Counted from the stretch's first letter, positions 25,245 through 39,219 are shown. The stretch: DNA of 64,000 nucleotides from Heptranchias perlo (GCF_035084215.1 NC_090327.1:121706001-121770000), one strand, 5' to 3'. Numbers and translations: made by a program. The notes: generated by a model not told the origin, from the letters alone.

Positions 25245-27550
25245 GATCCCAACTATTCCAATATAGACTGGGATAACAATAATAATATAAGGGGCAAAGA
25301 GGGGTTGGAATTTTTGAAATGTGTTCAGGACAACCTTCTTGACCAGTAGGTTTCTGGCCCAACGAGAAAAGAGGCATTGCTGGACTTGGTTCTAGGGAAT
25401 GAGGTGGGCCATGTGGAGCAAGTGTCAGTGGCAGAGCATTTAGGGAGCAGCGATCATAGTATCATAAGGTTTGGAACGGCTATGGAAAAGGACATAGACC
25501 CACTCTGAAGTAAAAATACTCAATTGGAGGAGGGCCAATTTCAATGGGATGAGAACGGATCTGGCCCGGGTAAACTGGAATCAAAGATTGGCAGGGAAAA
25601 CGGTAATTGTACTCTGGATGCCTTTAAAGAGGAAATGGTTTGTGTACAATCTAGGCACATTCCCACAAGGCAGAAATGTAGGGCAACTAAAGCCAGAGTT
25701 CCCCGGATGACAAAATAGATAGTGAGTAAGATGAAATGGAAAAATGGGGTGTAAGATGGACATCAGGCAGAATATAGAAAGTTTAGAGGGGAAGTGAAAA
25801 AGGAAATTATAGGGGCAATGAGAGAGTACAAGAATAGAATGACAGCCAATATAAAAGGGAATCCATAAGTCTTCTACCAGCATGTAAACTGTAAACGAGT
25901 AGTAAGAGGAGGGATGGGGCCGATTAGGTACCATAAAAGTGATCTACTCATGGAGGCAGAGGGGATGATATAGAAGGGATACTAGTAAGGCTAGCTGTAA
26001 TTACAGTAGATAAGTCACCCGGTCAGGATGGGATGCATCCTTGGCTGCTGAGGGAAGTAGGGGTGGAAATTGAGGAAGTACGGGCCATAATCTTCCAATC
26101 ATCCGTCGATATGGGGTTGGTGCCAGAGGACTGGAGAATTGGAAATGTTACACCCTAGTGTAAATAAACCCAGCAACTCATGGCCAGTCAGTCAGTAGTG
26201 GGGAGACTTTTAGAAACGATAATCCAGCACAGAATTAACAGTCACTTGGATGAGTATGTATTGATTAGGGAATGCCAGCTCGGATTTGTAAAAGGCAAAT
26301 CGTGTTTAACTTACCTGATAGAGTTTTTTGATGTGGTAACAGAGAGGGTAGATGAGGGCAATGCAGTTGATGTGGTGCATATAGACTTTCAAAAGTTGCT
26401 TGATAAAGTGCCACATGGTAGGCTTATCTTCAAGATTGTGGCCCATGGAATAAAAGGGGCAGTAGCAACATGGATACAGAATTGGCTAAGTGACAGGAAA
26501 TAGAGAGAACTGCTGAAAAGTTATTGTTCGGACTGGAGGGAGGTGTACAGTGGTGTTCCTCAGGGGGCCACTGATTTTCTTGATATATATTAAGGACTTG
26601 GACTTGGATGTACAGGGCACAATTTCAAAATGTGTGGAGGACACAAAACTTGCAGGGGGAGTAAACAGTGAAGAGGATAGTGATAAACTTTAGGAGGATA
26701 TAGACAGGATATAGTGGCATGGGCAGACACGTGGCAGATGAAATTTAACACAGAAAAATGCAAAGTGATACATTTCGATAGGAAGAACATGGAGAGGCAA
26801 CATAAACTAGAGGGCACAACTGTAAAAGGGGTGCAGGAACAGAGAGGTCAGGGGGTATATGTGCACAAATCGTTGAAGGTGGCAGGGCAGGTTGAGAAAG
26901 CGGTTTGAAAAGCATATGGGACCTTGGGCCTTAAAAATAGAGACATAGAGTACAAAAGTTTGGAAGTCGTGATGAATCTTTATTAAACACTGGTTCGGCC
27001 ACAACTGGTGTATTGTGTCCAGTTCTGGGCACAGCACTTTAGGAAAGATGTGAAGGCCTTAGAGAGGGCGCATAAGAGATTTACTTGAATGATTCCACGG
27101 ATGAGGGACTTTAATTGTGTGGATAGACTGGAGAAGCTGTGATTCTTCTCCTTGGAACAGAGATGGTTGCAAGAAGATTTTTGTATTCAAAATCATGAAG
27201 TATCTAAACAAAGTGGATAGAGAGAAACTGTTCCCATTGGTGGAAGGGTCAAGAACTAGAGGACATAGATTTAAGGTGATTGGCAAAAGAATCAAAGGTG
27301 ACATGAGGAAAAACTTTTTTACAGAGTGAGCGGTTAGAATCTGGAATCTACTGGCCGAAAGGGTGGTGGAGGCAGATTCAATCATTGCCGACAAAAGGGA
27401 ACTGGATAAGAACTTGAAAGGAAAAATTTGCGAGCTACGGGGAAAGGTAGGGGGAGTGGGACTGGCTGGATTGCTCTTGAATAGAGCCCTAGTGGACTTG
27501 ATGGGCTGAACGGCCTCCTTGCTTGCTGTAACCTTTCTATGATTCTATGA
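25245..27550 (+). mobile_element. 5'-truncated CR1 (cassette 2), also present in cassette 3 and absent from cassette 1
   Basis: RT fragments and attctatg tail; empty site actcccaccagagtagcacgtg at ~15015-15036. Confidence 0.88.
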
Positions 27551-28612
27551 GGAGCCCGTGATCACGAGGCGAATCTGTGTGCAACACGTGATCTCCGAAT
27601 AGATCGCCACAATTTTTTCACATAAGCATGGAACAGACACAGAGACAAAAATTGATCAAACAAGCCCAAAATGTGACACTAGATATGACCAGTTGGAGCT
27701 CCGGCTAGAAGTCCTGTCCGGGAAACCCATGGATTTCCATCTATCAAAATTAATGAGAGCATGCAAACAGTAAGTTACTTTCAAGTGTTTAGAAAGTGAC
27801 ACATGTCCAAATACCTATCCTGTATGTCTTAATCAATTAGAGAATATCATAGTCCATTGGTGCAGCATCTTGGCTTCATTATCTTCTCACCCCTTTCACA
27901 AAGGCAGCACGCCCCTTAGCTCTTTCCCCCCTTAACTATTTCTCCCCACCCCCATTCCCAAGGGCACACCCTCCCCTTAACGATTTCTCCCCATTCACGA
28001 GGGCTTTCACTCCCCTTAACCATCTCTACCCGTGAGCGGTTCGCTGAGACGTTCGCTGAGCGATTGGTGAGAAAGTAAAAATCACTAAAAAAATTAACCT
28101 TTAATTCAGATAAATGCGGGTTTGGATCATTTGTTTATTTGTCAAATGAAAATAAAAATATATTCAGGAATCTAGCACTCGGGAGAGTGAAACAAATTCA
28201 CTGTTATGTTTGATCCAGTCTTGGAGAAAGTTTTGTTTCCTCTCCCAGTCTCTGCCTCTCCTGTCTGACTGCACACATCTCCCAGCTGGTTCAAGCAAAC
28301 AAGACAACTCGGAGCAATTAATTTCTTATTCAAAAGTGAACAATCCTAAATTGAATCTTGCATTCACAATTTCCGCGGGTGTATAACCAATGGAAATAAA
28401 TGAAATACAATAGAACGAGGTGAATATCACAGAGAGAGTAACCGGCCTCACATTTGATAATGAAGAGGGAACTGGAAACTGGGCGGGTTTTGTTCCGACA
28501 GGAAATTCGCGTCCTTGGACTGATTGGGCGATGGTGGTGGAGGGACTCGGGTCTTTACATTTATTTTCGTGGGGGTTAACCATCGAGTACCGCGCGGATC
28601 GGTCACTGCACG

Positions 28613-29024
28613 ATGTTCTGGGTGATTGTGGCCCTATTTTTACCATGTACGTCTTTCTGTTTATTTATTTATGAGTTATGTATTTCGGATTTCATTATTT
28701 TGAAGTCAGGTAATTTTGTGCATTTTTTCCAGGGGGTTGTTTTGCTGGGACCGTGACACAGACTCCGATATCGATTACAAAACTCCCCAATAAAAGCGTC
28801 AGACTTAAGTGTGTGGTGAACGCACAGAGCAGCGCGACCCATTGGTATCAGCACCGGCCGGGTCAGGCGCTCACCAGAATACTCTATTACGACACCAGCT
28901 CCGTTCGGGATACGGATTTCAGCGCCCGGTTCAAAGCAGAAAAGAACGACAATACGTACATTTTAATAATCAATAACATCCAGGAGACAGACACTGCCAC
29001 TTATTACTGTGCCTATTGGGACAG
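28613..29024 (+). CDS. TRGV: TCR gamma V segment V5 (leader 28613-28646, intron 28647-28732, V exon 28733-29024); family A, cassette 2; intact frame but defective RSS
   Basis: Nearly identical to V3 and V7, open frame, splice sites intact. Heptamer present at 29025-29031 but no nonamer at 12 or 23 nt. Confidence 0.88.
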
Positions 29025-29051
29025 CACAGTGTTCAACAGAGACAGGAACCC
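29025..29051 (+). other. Defective RSS of V5 (heptamer and partial spacer; nonamer deleted)
   Basis: V3 reads ggaaccc-ttaacaaaaaccc-tgcgcct; V5 reads ggaaccc-tgcgcct, a 13-nt deletion between AACCC repeats. Confidence 0.9.
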
Positions 29052-29957
29052 TGCGCCTTATCTCCCTCCTCCTCCTACACAAACAACTTGCATTTATATA
29101 ATGCCTTTAACGTAGTAAAACTTCACAATGCGCTTCACGGGAGAGTATCGAGGCAAAATTTGACACCGAATCAGACTTAAATCAGCCACGGTATCTTTTG
29201 TGGCTCATATTTTATGTTTCAAATGTAAAAATATTAAATTTTGGCAGAGTCTCACATTTGTTCAGGGCTTGAAGGGTTAAAGAATGAGGACAGGTTGCAC
29301 AAACTTGGCTTGTATTCCCTTGAGTTTAAAAGGTCGAGGGGCCAACTGATTGAGGTGTTTAAAATGAGAAAATAATTCGATTGGATGGATAGAGAGGAAC
29401 GATTTCCTCTGGTGCAGGATTGGAGAACAAGGGGGCATAACCTTAAAATTGTAGCTACGCCGTTCAGGGGTGATGTCAGGAATGATGTCTTCACATAAAG
29501 GCTAGTGAAAATCTGGAACTCTCTCCCTCAAAAATGTGTCGACGCTGGGGATCAACTGGAGCTTTCTATACTGAGATGGATAGATTTTTATTGGGTCAGG
29601 ATATCAAGGGATGTGGAGCAAAGGTGGGTAAATGGAGTTGAGGTCCAGATCAGCCATTATCTGACTGAATGCAGAATAGGCTTGAGAGGCTGAATGGCTC
29701 TCTCAAAGAGCCATCAACAACTCCATTCTCATTGTATCATGGGACTACCAGAATGGTAGAAGGCGAACTAGATGGATTTTGGTCTTTTTTCATCTAATAA
29801 TTTGTATGTTTCTATATTAGAATAGGCCAATTTACAAAAACATCTTCAAAATCTCTTTCTTTAACTTTTGTAATTCTACCAACTCTTCCACCATTGGTGT
29901 TTACCTCCTTTGTTACCTCCCAAGGCATATTTTCCACATTAAAGACACAATATAGGA

Positions 29958-31675
29958 TGATAGAATCATAGAATCATAGAATGGTTACAGCACAGAATGA
30001 GGCCATTCAGACCTTCGAGTCCATGCTGGCTCTCTGGAATTTCAATCCAGCTCGTCAAACTCCCTCACCCTATCCCGGTAGCCCTGCAAATTAATTCCCT
30101 TCAAGTACTTACCCAATTCCCTTTTGAAAGCCACAATTGAATCTGCCTCCACCACCCCCTCGGGCACTGCATTCCAGATCCTAACCACTCGCTGTGTAAA
30201 AAGGTTTCACTTCATGTCGCCTTTGGTTCTTTTGCCAATCACCTTAAATCTATGTCCTCTGGTTCTTGACCCTTCCGCCAATGAGAACAATTTCTCTCTA
30301 TCGAATCTGTCTGGACCCGTTATGATTTTGTATACATCGATCAAATCTCCTCTGAACCTTCTCTGTTCCAGAGAGAACAACCCCAGCTTCTCCAGACTAT
30401 CCACATAACTGAAGTCCCTCATCCCTGGACTCATTCTGGTAAATATCTTCTGCACCCTCTCTAAGGCCTTCACATCTTTTCTAAAGTGCGGTGCCCAGAA
30501 CTGGACACAATACTCCAGCTGTGGCCGAACAAGTGTTTTATAAAGGTTCATCATAACCTCCTTGCTTTTGTACTCTATGCCTCTATAAAGTCCAGGATCC
30601 CGTATGCTTTCTCAACCACTTTCTCAACCTGCCCTGTCACCTTCAACGATTTGTGCACATATACCCGCAGATCACTCTGTCCTGCACCCCATTTAGAATT
30701 GTACCCTTTAGTTTATATTGCATCTCCTCGATTTTCCCACCAAAATGTAACATTTCACACTTCTCTGCATTAAATTTCATCTGCCACGTGTCCGCCCATT
30801 CCACCAGCCTGTCTATGTCCTCTTGAAGTGTATCACTATCCTCCTCACCGTTCACTACCCTTCCAAGTTTTGTGCCATCTGCAAATTTTGAAATTGTGCC
30901 CTGTATACCCAAGTCCAAGTCATTAATCTATACCAAGAAAAGCAATGGTCCTTGTACCGACCCCTGGGGAACAACACTGGAATACTCCCTCCAGTCTAGA
31001 AAACAACCATTCACCACTACTCTCTGTTTCCCGTTACTTAGACAATTTTGTATCCATGCTGCCACTGTCCCTTTTATTCCATGGGCTTAAACTTTGAGGA
31101 CAATCCTAGTATGCAGCACTTTATCAATCTTTTGGAAGTCCATATACACCACATCAACCGCATTGCCCTCATCGAGCCTCTCTTATCTCATCAAAAAACT
31201 CAATCAAGTTAGTTAAAAATGATTTGCCTTGAACAAATCCGTGCTGGCTTTCCTTAATTAATCCACACTTGTTCAAGTGACTGTTAATTTTGTACCAGAT
31301 TATCGTTTCGAAAAGTTTCCCCACTACCAAGGTTAAACTGACTGGCCTGTAGTTGCTGGATTTATCCTTACACCATTTTCTGAACAAGGGTGTAATATTT
31401 GCAATTCTCCAGTCCTCTGCCACTACCCCCGTATCTACGGACGATTGGAAGATTATGGCCAGTACCTCCAGAATTTCGACCCTTACTTCCCTCAGCAACA
31501 CAGGATGCATCCCAACTGGACCGGGTGACTTATCCACTTTAAGTACAGCCAGACTTTCTAGTACCTCCTCTTTATCAATTCTTCGCCCATCCAGTATCTC
31601 AACTACCTCCTCTTTTACGATGACTTTGGGAGCATCTTCTTCCTTAGTAAAGACAGATGCAAAGTACTCATTCAG
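29958..31675 (-). mobile_element. CR1 fragment
   Basis: ORFs 30207..30554, 30643..30918 and 31169..31684 (-). Confidence 0.85.
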
Positions 31676-32553
31676 TACATACAAGTTGTTGCCATATAAA
31701 TTTGTAGGTGAGACAGGTTGTTAACTGTCGCTATGAACAGCTAGAATTGATAACACGAAATCTGTTTTCCAAACGGTATTTGAAAATTATTCTACTATTC
31801 CTAGCAACTGATGCAGTCTTCCTGTCTCTTTACCAAACTTCCACTCATACAATGCGCACATTCCTTTCATTGCTGAAAAATAGGGTCTTCGGAAGGAGAC
31901 ATCATCTAAGATTGTTAACAGACACGGACAGGAAAAGGGTTAAATCTATTTTCAAAAGTACAACGGAAGTTGAACACAGAATCTCGTGCAGTTAGTTTCC
32001 CTTCTGGAATGAAAGCTGGTTCTCAAGAAGGGACACGAACCTATGAGATTATCTGGTCCAGTATCAGACGGTCAATACATGGAATATGACATGGCGGTGT
32101 GCGGAAGCCCAGTGAGGTGGGTCCAGGGATGTCGAATGAGGAAGATAAGATGAAAGGGAAAGTGAAGGGAAAGCATTATGAGATGAAAGTCATCTCACTC
32201 ATGTTAATCAAAAGTATAACTTCACCCAATGGCCACACACAACCGCACCTCAAACTGTTTTTTTTTAACTCGGAGGCTCGCACTTTCCAGAGAGCCGCTG
32301 TTAAACCGAACACTTCATTCCCCCATGAATAAAACGGCGCGCAACAGAATGTTGCAAATACTGTAATCGATCAGGGCGACTAGAAAGAGGAAAAGGAGAG
32401 GGCGGGGCGGGTTTAAAACGGGAAGGAATGTCTCACTGATTGGGTTGAGAGAAGCGAGTCATTTCCTTTTGGGTTGAGAGAAGCGAGTCATTTCCTTTCA
32501 CCATCTGGTTGAGTGAATCGTTCATAATCCAGTAGCGGAGTGAACAGAGCGAC

Positions 32554-32993
32554 ATGTCACTGCATTACTGGGTCATTGTGCTGACAGTGTTGCCCTGTAT
32601 GTATTTTTGATCCGTTATTCAGATGTTGTTATTCAGTCTCCTCTATCACACCGATCTTTTATCCGTATGTATTCTTTTTTCAGGCGGATGTTTTGCTCAA
32701 ACCTTGACACAGCTTCCCGCATCGGTTACCAGTTTAGCTGGTAAAACGGTGAGAATCAACTGTGAAGTAAAAGGTGCATCGATCGACAGCAGTAATCCCA
32801 TCCATTGGTACCAGCACAAACCCGGCCAGCCACCCACCAGAATACTCTATTATAATGGGAAAACAACATCGCGGGATCCGGGATTTGATAACAGGTTTAG
32901 AGCGGGAAGGTCTGAAGGCACCGAATTCCACCTAGCAATCGACAAAATAAAGGCAGAGGAAGCGGCCACTTATTACTGTGCTCGCTGGGTAGA
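32554..32993 (+). CDS. TRGV: TCR gamma V segment V6 (leader 32554-32596, intron 32597-32683, V exon 32684-32993); family B, cassette 2
   Basis: MSLHYWVIVLTVLPCGCFAQTLTQLPASVTSLAGKTVRINC...IHWY...YYCARWV. Confidence 0.92.
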
Positions 32994-33032
32994 CACAGTG
33001 CGAAACAGATAAACAAACCCTGTACAAAAACC
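32994..33032 (+). other. 23-RSS of V6
   Basis: CACAGTG, 23 nt, ACAAAAACC. Confidence 0.95.
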
Positions 33033-34459
33033 CCGAACCACTCGAGCTTTAATTATCAGAGAAAGCCACAGACTCCTCGTTGATTCGGGAAAAGCAGCAG
33101 CGAAACCCCAGCTGGGTTTGTGGCTTAACCTTTTCTGCCTAAACCGATGAAATGCAAAGTCACCGGTTACCGCTGTCATTTTAATCTATTTGCTTCTTTT
33201 GAAGTGCTCATGGAGTTAAAACTGTAAATGGGCTGCTGCATGACCTGAAAGTTCTCATGGAATTAAAACGCCGAAAGCTGCCCTTGTGGAAATTTAGCTG
33301 CCGCGGTATAAGATGGACCTGCTCTGCCGTGTTTAGTGAGGTTCCCCTGCGGGGTTTTATACTGTAGAGGTGGTCCTTCAGAGACCGACTCCCATGGTGT
33401 GGATATTCGGCCACCAGGGGCCCGATGTTCCAGACCAGCGGTGAGGGAGCCGTCTTTAACACTGGGTGTTCCTGGCCAGCTCTGGCCCCATTGGGACAGC
33501 AAACGAGGCATTGCGGACAAACTTCCCCATTTCCTGGACTTTATAAGTGGAAGCACTGAGCTTAAAAGCAAGGAAATGATGCTGAACCTGTATAAATCAC
33601 TGGTTAGGCCTCCGCTGGAGTGTTGTGTCCAATTCTGGGCACGACACGTTAGAAAGTATGTCAAGGCCTTGGAGAGGGTGCAAAAGAGATTTACCAATGT
33701 GGTATCAGAGATGAGGGGCTTCGGTTAAGTGGAGAGACTGGAGAAGCTGGGGTTGTTCTCCTTGGAACAGAAAAGGTTAAGGGGAGATTTGTTACAAGTG
33801 TTCAAAATTATGAAGGGTTTTGGTAGAGTAGACAGGGAGAAACTATTTCCAGTGGCAGGAGGGTCGGTAACCTGAGGACACAGATTTAAAATAATTGACC
33901 AAAGAACCAAAGCGAGATGATCATTTTTTAATGCAGTGAGTTGTTATGATCTGGAATTCACTGCCTGAAAGGGTGGTGGAAGTAGATTCAATAGTAACTT
34001 TCAAAAGGGAATTGGATAAAGACTTGAAAAAGAAAAAAATTGCTGGGCAATGTGGAAAGAGCTGGGGAGTGGGATTAATTGGATAGCTCTTTCAAAGAGC
34101 CGGCACCGGCATGATGGGCTGAATGTCCTCCTTTGCTGTATGATTCCAGCAGCTGTGCGTGATGTCACAACTCCCAACACTCCAAAATGTCACGGCCAGC
34201 CCCGGATTCGGGCCATGCAGCAGCCCATTTACAGGAAGAGTAGATGCACATTAAAAATAAATGGACGAGATCGCCTTAGTTCGTTCTACCGCGACCCAGG
34301 TCATCAGGTAAAAGTAGATGGAGGCCCGGGCTAACACGGCCTGGTCCTGATCAATGGGCCCACGTCGGTGCACCTGCTAGGAATCACAATGACGTCACCC
34401 AGGGCCACCCACTTGTTGCCCAGATTGTGCAGGCCAGAGGCTCAGGACTCTGATCATAA

Positions 34460-34868
34460 AGAAAAAACTTGCATTTCTGTTGCGCCTTTCACATCCTCAG
34501 GACCTCCCAATGTGCTTTACAACCAATGAAGTACTTTTAAAATGTAGTCACTGTTGTAATTTGCGCAAAAAGCAATGTGGTAATGACCAGATGATCTGCT
34601 TTTGGTGATGTTGGTTAAGGGCTAAATATTGGCCAGAACAGCAGGGAGAACTCCCCTACTCTTCTTGAAATCGTGCCATGGGATCTTTTACGTTCACCTG
34701 AGAGGGCAGAGGGGGACTCAGTTTAGTGTATCACTAAAAGATGGTACACCTGACAGTGCAGCACTCCCTCAGTACTGCACTGAAGTGTCACCTTCTCTGG
34801 AATGGGACTTAAACCCACAACCTTCTATCTCAGAGTCGAGAGATGCTGAGTAGTGAGCCAGGGCTGAA
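34460..34868 (-). mobile_element. tRNA-derived SINE with Deu-type core
   Basis: Minus strand shows a tRNA-like head and gatcccatggcac...agagtaggggagttctccc core; internally deleted copy at ~24220-24322. Confidence 0.7.
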
Positions 34869-35085
34869 CACCTCTGTGTTATATTGTCCTTAGGAGAGTA
34901 GCTCTCAGTGAACAAGTTGAGAGCTCCAATCTGGACGGATGTTTCCATATTTCACCCCTCTCCCCAAATTCCCAATGGGAATATGGATAAACACCAAGAG
35001 ATTTCTGAGCAGTCAATCATTGGAGCTTCTAGAAACTGTGTAAATAATTGTCCAGTTTCTCTAAAGTGGCTAAGACTTGGGCTAG

Positions 35086-35535
35086 AACATAAATAATAGG
35101 AGAAGGTGTAGGCCATTTAGCCCCTCGAACCTACTCCACCATTCAATAAGATCATGGCTGATCGTCGACCTCAACTCCACTTTACCGCCCAATCTCCACA
35201 TCACTTGATTCCCCAAGAGTCCAAAAACCTATCGATCTCAGTCTTGAATATACTCAATGAATGAGCATCTACAGCCCTCTGGGGTAGAGAAATCCAAATA
35301 TTCACGACCCTCTGAGTGAAGATATTCCTCCTCATCTCAGTCTTAAATGTTCGACCTGAGACAATGTCCCCTAGTTCTTGACTCTCCAGCCAGAGAAAGC
35401 ATCCTCTCAGCATTTACCCTGTCAAGCACTCTTAGGGTATTATACATTTCCATGAGATCACCTCTCATTCTTCTAAACTCCAGACAGTATAGGCCCATTC
35501 TACTCAATCTCTCCTAATAGGACAACCCTCTCATC
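35086..35535 (-). mobile_element. CR1 3' fragment at the cassette 2/3 junction
   Basis: Paralogue of 24538-24990 with the same flanks. Confidence 0.8.
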
Positions 35536-35792
35536 TTAAAGAACTATTGGATACATGTCTTATATTCCAGAAGGTTGACCTGCATTGTCATTGAAGAAAA
35601 CCCCATCTCAGCAAAGTCACAACGAAGTTTGTCTCAGCTAAAGTGGGCATCACTAGAACTTCCAGGTTCTGCTGCATCAACAATTGGAACAGATGAACCT
35701 TGCATATTCCTCTTAATGTCTTTGAGATCTCCTCCTGAGCTGTGCAGAGCCATTATACCTCACCAGGGGTGCCCACCACCAACTCCCACCAG

Positions 35793-38141
35793 ATCCCAAC
35801 TATTCCAATATAGACTGGGATAACAATAATAATATAAGGGGCAAAGAGGGGTTGGAATTTTTGAAATGTGTTCAGGATAACCTTCTTGACCAGTATGTTT
35901 CTGGCCCAATGAGGAAGGAGGCATTGCTGGACTTGGTTCTAGGGAATGAGGTGGGCCATGTGGAGCAAGTTTCAGTGGCAGAGCATTTAGGGAGCAGCGA
36001 TCATAGTATCATAAGGTTTAGAACAGCTATGGAAAAGGACACGGACCCACTCTAAAGTAAAAATACTCAATTGGAGGAGGGCCAATTTCAATGGGATGTG
36101 AACAGAACTGGCCCGGGTAAATTGGAATCAAAGATTGGCAGGCAAAACTGTAATTGTACTGTGGATGCCTTTAAAGAGGAGATGGTTATTGTACAATCTA
36201 GGCACATTCCCACAAGGCAGAAAGGTAGGGCAACTAAAGGCAGAGCTCCCCGGATGACAAAAGAGATAGTGAGTAAGATGAAACGGAAAAAAGGGGTGTA
36301 TGATGGACATCAGGTTGATAACACAAGTGAGAACCAGGCAGAAGATAGAAAGTTCAGAGGGGAAGTGAAAAAGGAAATAAGAGGAGCAAAGAGAGAGCAC
36401 GAGAATAGACTGATGGCCAACATAAAAGGGAATCCAAAAGTCTTCCATCAGCATGTAAACTCTAAACGGGAAGTAAGAGGAGGGGTGGGACTGATTAGGA
36501 ACCATAAAAGAGATCTACTCATGGAGGCGGAGGGGATGATAAAGAAGGGATACTAAAAAGGCTAGCTGTACTTAAAGTAGATAAGTCACCGGGTCCGGAT
36601 GGGATGCATCCTCGGTTGCTGAGGAAATTAAGGGTGGAAATTGCTGAGGTACTGGCCATAATCTTCCAATCATCCGTAGATACGGGGTTGGTGCCAGAGG
36701 ACTGTAGAATTGCAAATGTTACTCCCTTGTGTAAAAAAACCCAGCAACTCTTGGTCAGTCAGTTTAGCCTCAGTGGTGGGGAGACTTTTAGAAACAATAA
36801 TCCAGGACAGAATTAACAGTCACTTGGATGAATGTGGATTGATTAGGGAAAGCCAGCACGGATTTGTAAAAGGCAAATCGTGTTAAACTAACCCGATAGA
36901 GTTTTTTTGATGTGGTAACAGAGAGGGTAGATGAGGACATTGCAGTTGATATGGTGTTTAGAGACTTTCAAAAGGTGTTTGATAAAGTGCCACATGGTCG
37001 GCTTATCATCAAGATTGCGGCCCATGGAATAAAAGGGGCAGTAGCAACATGGATGCAGAATTGGCTAAATGACAGGAAACAGAGAGTAGTGGTGAACAGT
37101 TGTTTTTCAAACTGGAGGGAGGTGTACACTGGTGTTCCCCAGGGGGCGGTGCTGGGACCACTGCTATTCTTGAAATATATTAATGACTTAGACTTGGATG
37201 TACAGGGCACAATTTCAAAATTTGCGGAGGACACAAAACTTGGAAGGGTAGTAAACAGTAAGGAGGATAGTGATAGACTTCAAGAGGATATAGAGAGGAT
37301 ATAGTGGCATGGGCAGACACGTGGCAGATGAAATTTAACGCAGAAAAATGCAAAGTGATACATTTCAATAGGAAGAAGAAGGAGAGGCAATATAAACTAG
37401 AGGGCACAACTGTAAAAGTGGTGCAGGAACAGAGAGGTCTGGGCGGATATGTGCACAAAACATTGAAGGTGGCAGGGCAGCTTGAGAAAGCAGTTTAAAT
37501 AGCATATGGGATCCTGGGCTTTATAAATAGAGACATGAGTACAAAAGTGTGGAAGTCATGATGAACCTTTATAAAATACTGGTTCGGCCACAACTGGTGT
37601 ATTGTGTCCAGTTCTGGGCACAGCACTTTAGGAAAGACGTGAAGGCCTTAGAGAGGGTGCAGAAGAGATTTACTTGAATGATTCCAAGGATGAGGGGCTT
37701 TAGTTATGTGGATAGACTGGGGAAGCTAGGATTGTTCTCCTTGGAACAGAGACAGTTGAGAAGAGATTTGATAGAGGTATTCAAAATCATGAGGGGTCCA
37801 GAGTAGACAGAGAGAAACTGTTCCCATTGGTGGAAGGGTCAAGTACCAGAGGTCATAAATTTAAGGTGATTGGCAAAAGAATCAAAGGCGACATGAGGAA
37901 AAACTTTTTTTTCAGAGTGAGTTGTTAGGATGTGGAATGCACTGCCCGAGGGGAGGGGGGAGGCCGATTCAATCATTGCCGACAAAAGGGAACTGGATAA
38001 GTGCTTGAAAATAAAAAAAATTGCGGGCCACCGGGATTGGGCGGGGGAGTGGGACTGGCTGGATTGCTCTTGCATGGAGCCCGAGCGGACTCGATGGGCT
38101 GAACGGCCTCCTTGCGTGCTGTAACCTTTCTATGATTCTAT
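35793..38141 (+). mobile_element. 5'-truncated CR1 (cassette 3 paralogue of 25245-27550)
   Basis: Same junctions; RT ORF fragments such as 36912..37304. Confidence 0.88.
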
Positions 38142-39219
38142 AAGTAGCACGTGATCACGAGGCGAATCTGTATGCAACACGTGATCTCCGAATAGATCGC
38201 CACAATTTTTTCACATAAGCATGGAACAGGCACAGAGACAAAAATTGATCAAACAAGCCCAAAATGTGACACTAGATATGACCAGTTGGAGCTCCGGCGA
38301 GAAGTCCTGTCCGGGAAACCCATGGATTTCCATCTACCAAAATTAATGAGAGTATGCAAACAGGAAGTTACTTTCAAGTGTTTAGAAAGTGACACATGTC
38401 CAAATACCTATCCTGTATGTCTTAATAATTAGAGAATATCATAGTCCATTGGTGCAGCATCTTGGCTTCATTATCTTCTCACCCCTTTCACAAAGGCAGC
38501 ACGCCCCTTAGCTCTTTCCCCCCTTAGCCATTTCTCCCCACCCCCATTCCCAAGGGCACACCCTCCCCTTAACCATTTCTCCCCATTCACGAGGGCTTTC
38601 ACTCCCCTTAACCATCTCTACCCGTGAGCGGTTCGGTGAGACGTTCGCTGAGCGATTGGTGAGAAAGTAAAAATCACTAAAAAAAATTACCCTTTAATTC
38701 AGATAAATGCGGGTTTGGATCATTTGTTTATTTGTCAAATGAAAATAAAAATATATTCAGTAATCTAACACTCGGGAGAGTGAAACAAATTCACTGTTAA
38801 GTTTGATCCAGTCTTGGGGGAAAGTTTTGTTTCCTCTCCCAGTCTCTGCCTCTCCTGTCTGACTGCACACATCTCCCAGCTGGTTCAAGCAAACAAGACA
38901 ACTCGGAGCAATTAATTTCTTATTGAAAAGTGAACAATCCTAAATTGAATCTTGCATTCACAATTTCCGCGGGTGTATAACCAATGGAAATAAATGAAAT
39001 ACAATAGAACGAGGTGAATATCACAGAGAGAGTAACCGGCCTCACATTTGGTAATAAAGAGGGAACTGGAAACTGGGCGGGTTTTATACCGACAGGAAAT
39101 TCGCGTCCTTGGACTGATTGGGCGATGGTGGGGGGAGGGGGCGGTGGAGGGACTCGGGTCTTTACATTTATAACCGTGGGGGCTAACCATCGAGTACCGC
39201 GCGGATCGGTCACTGCACG

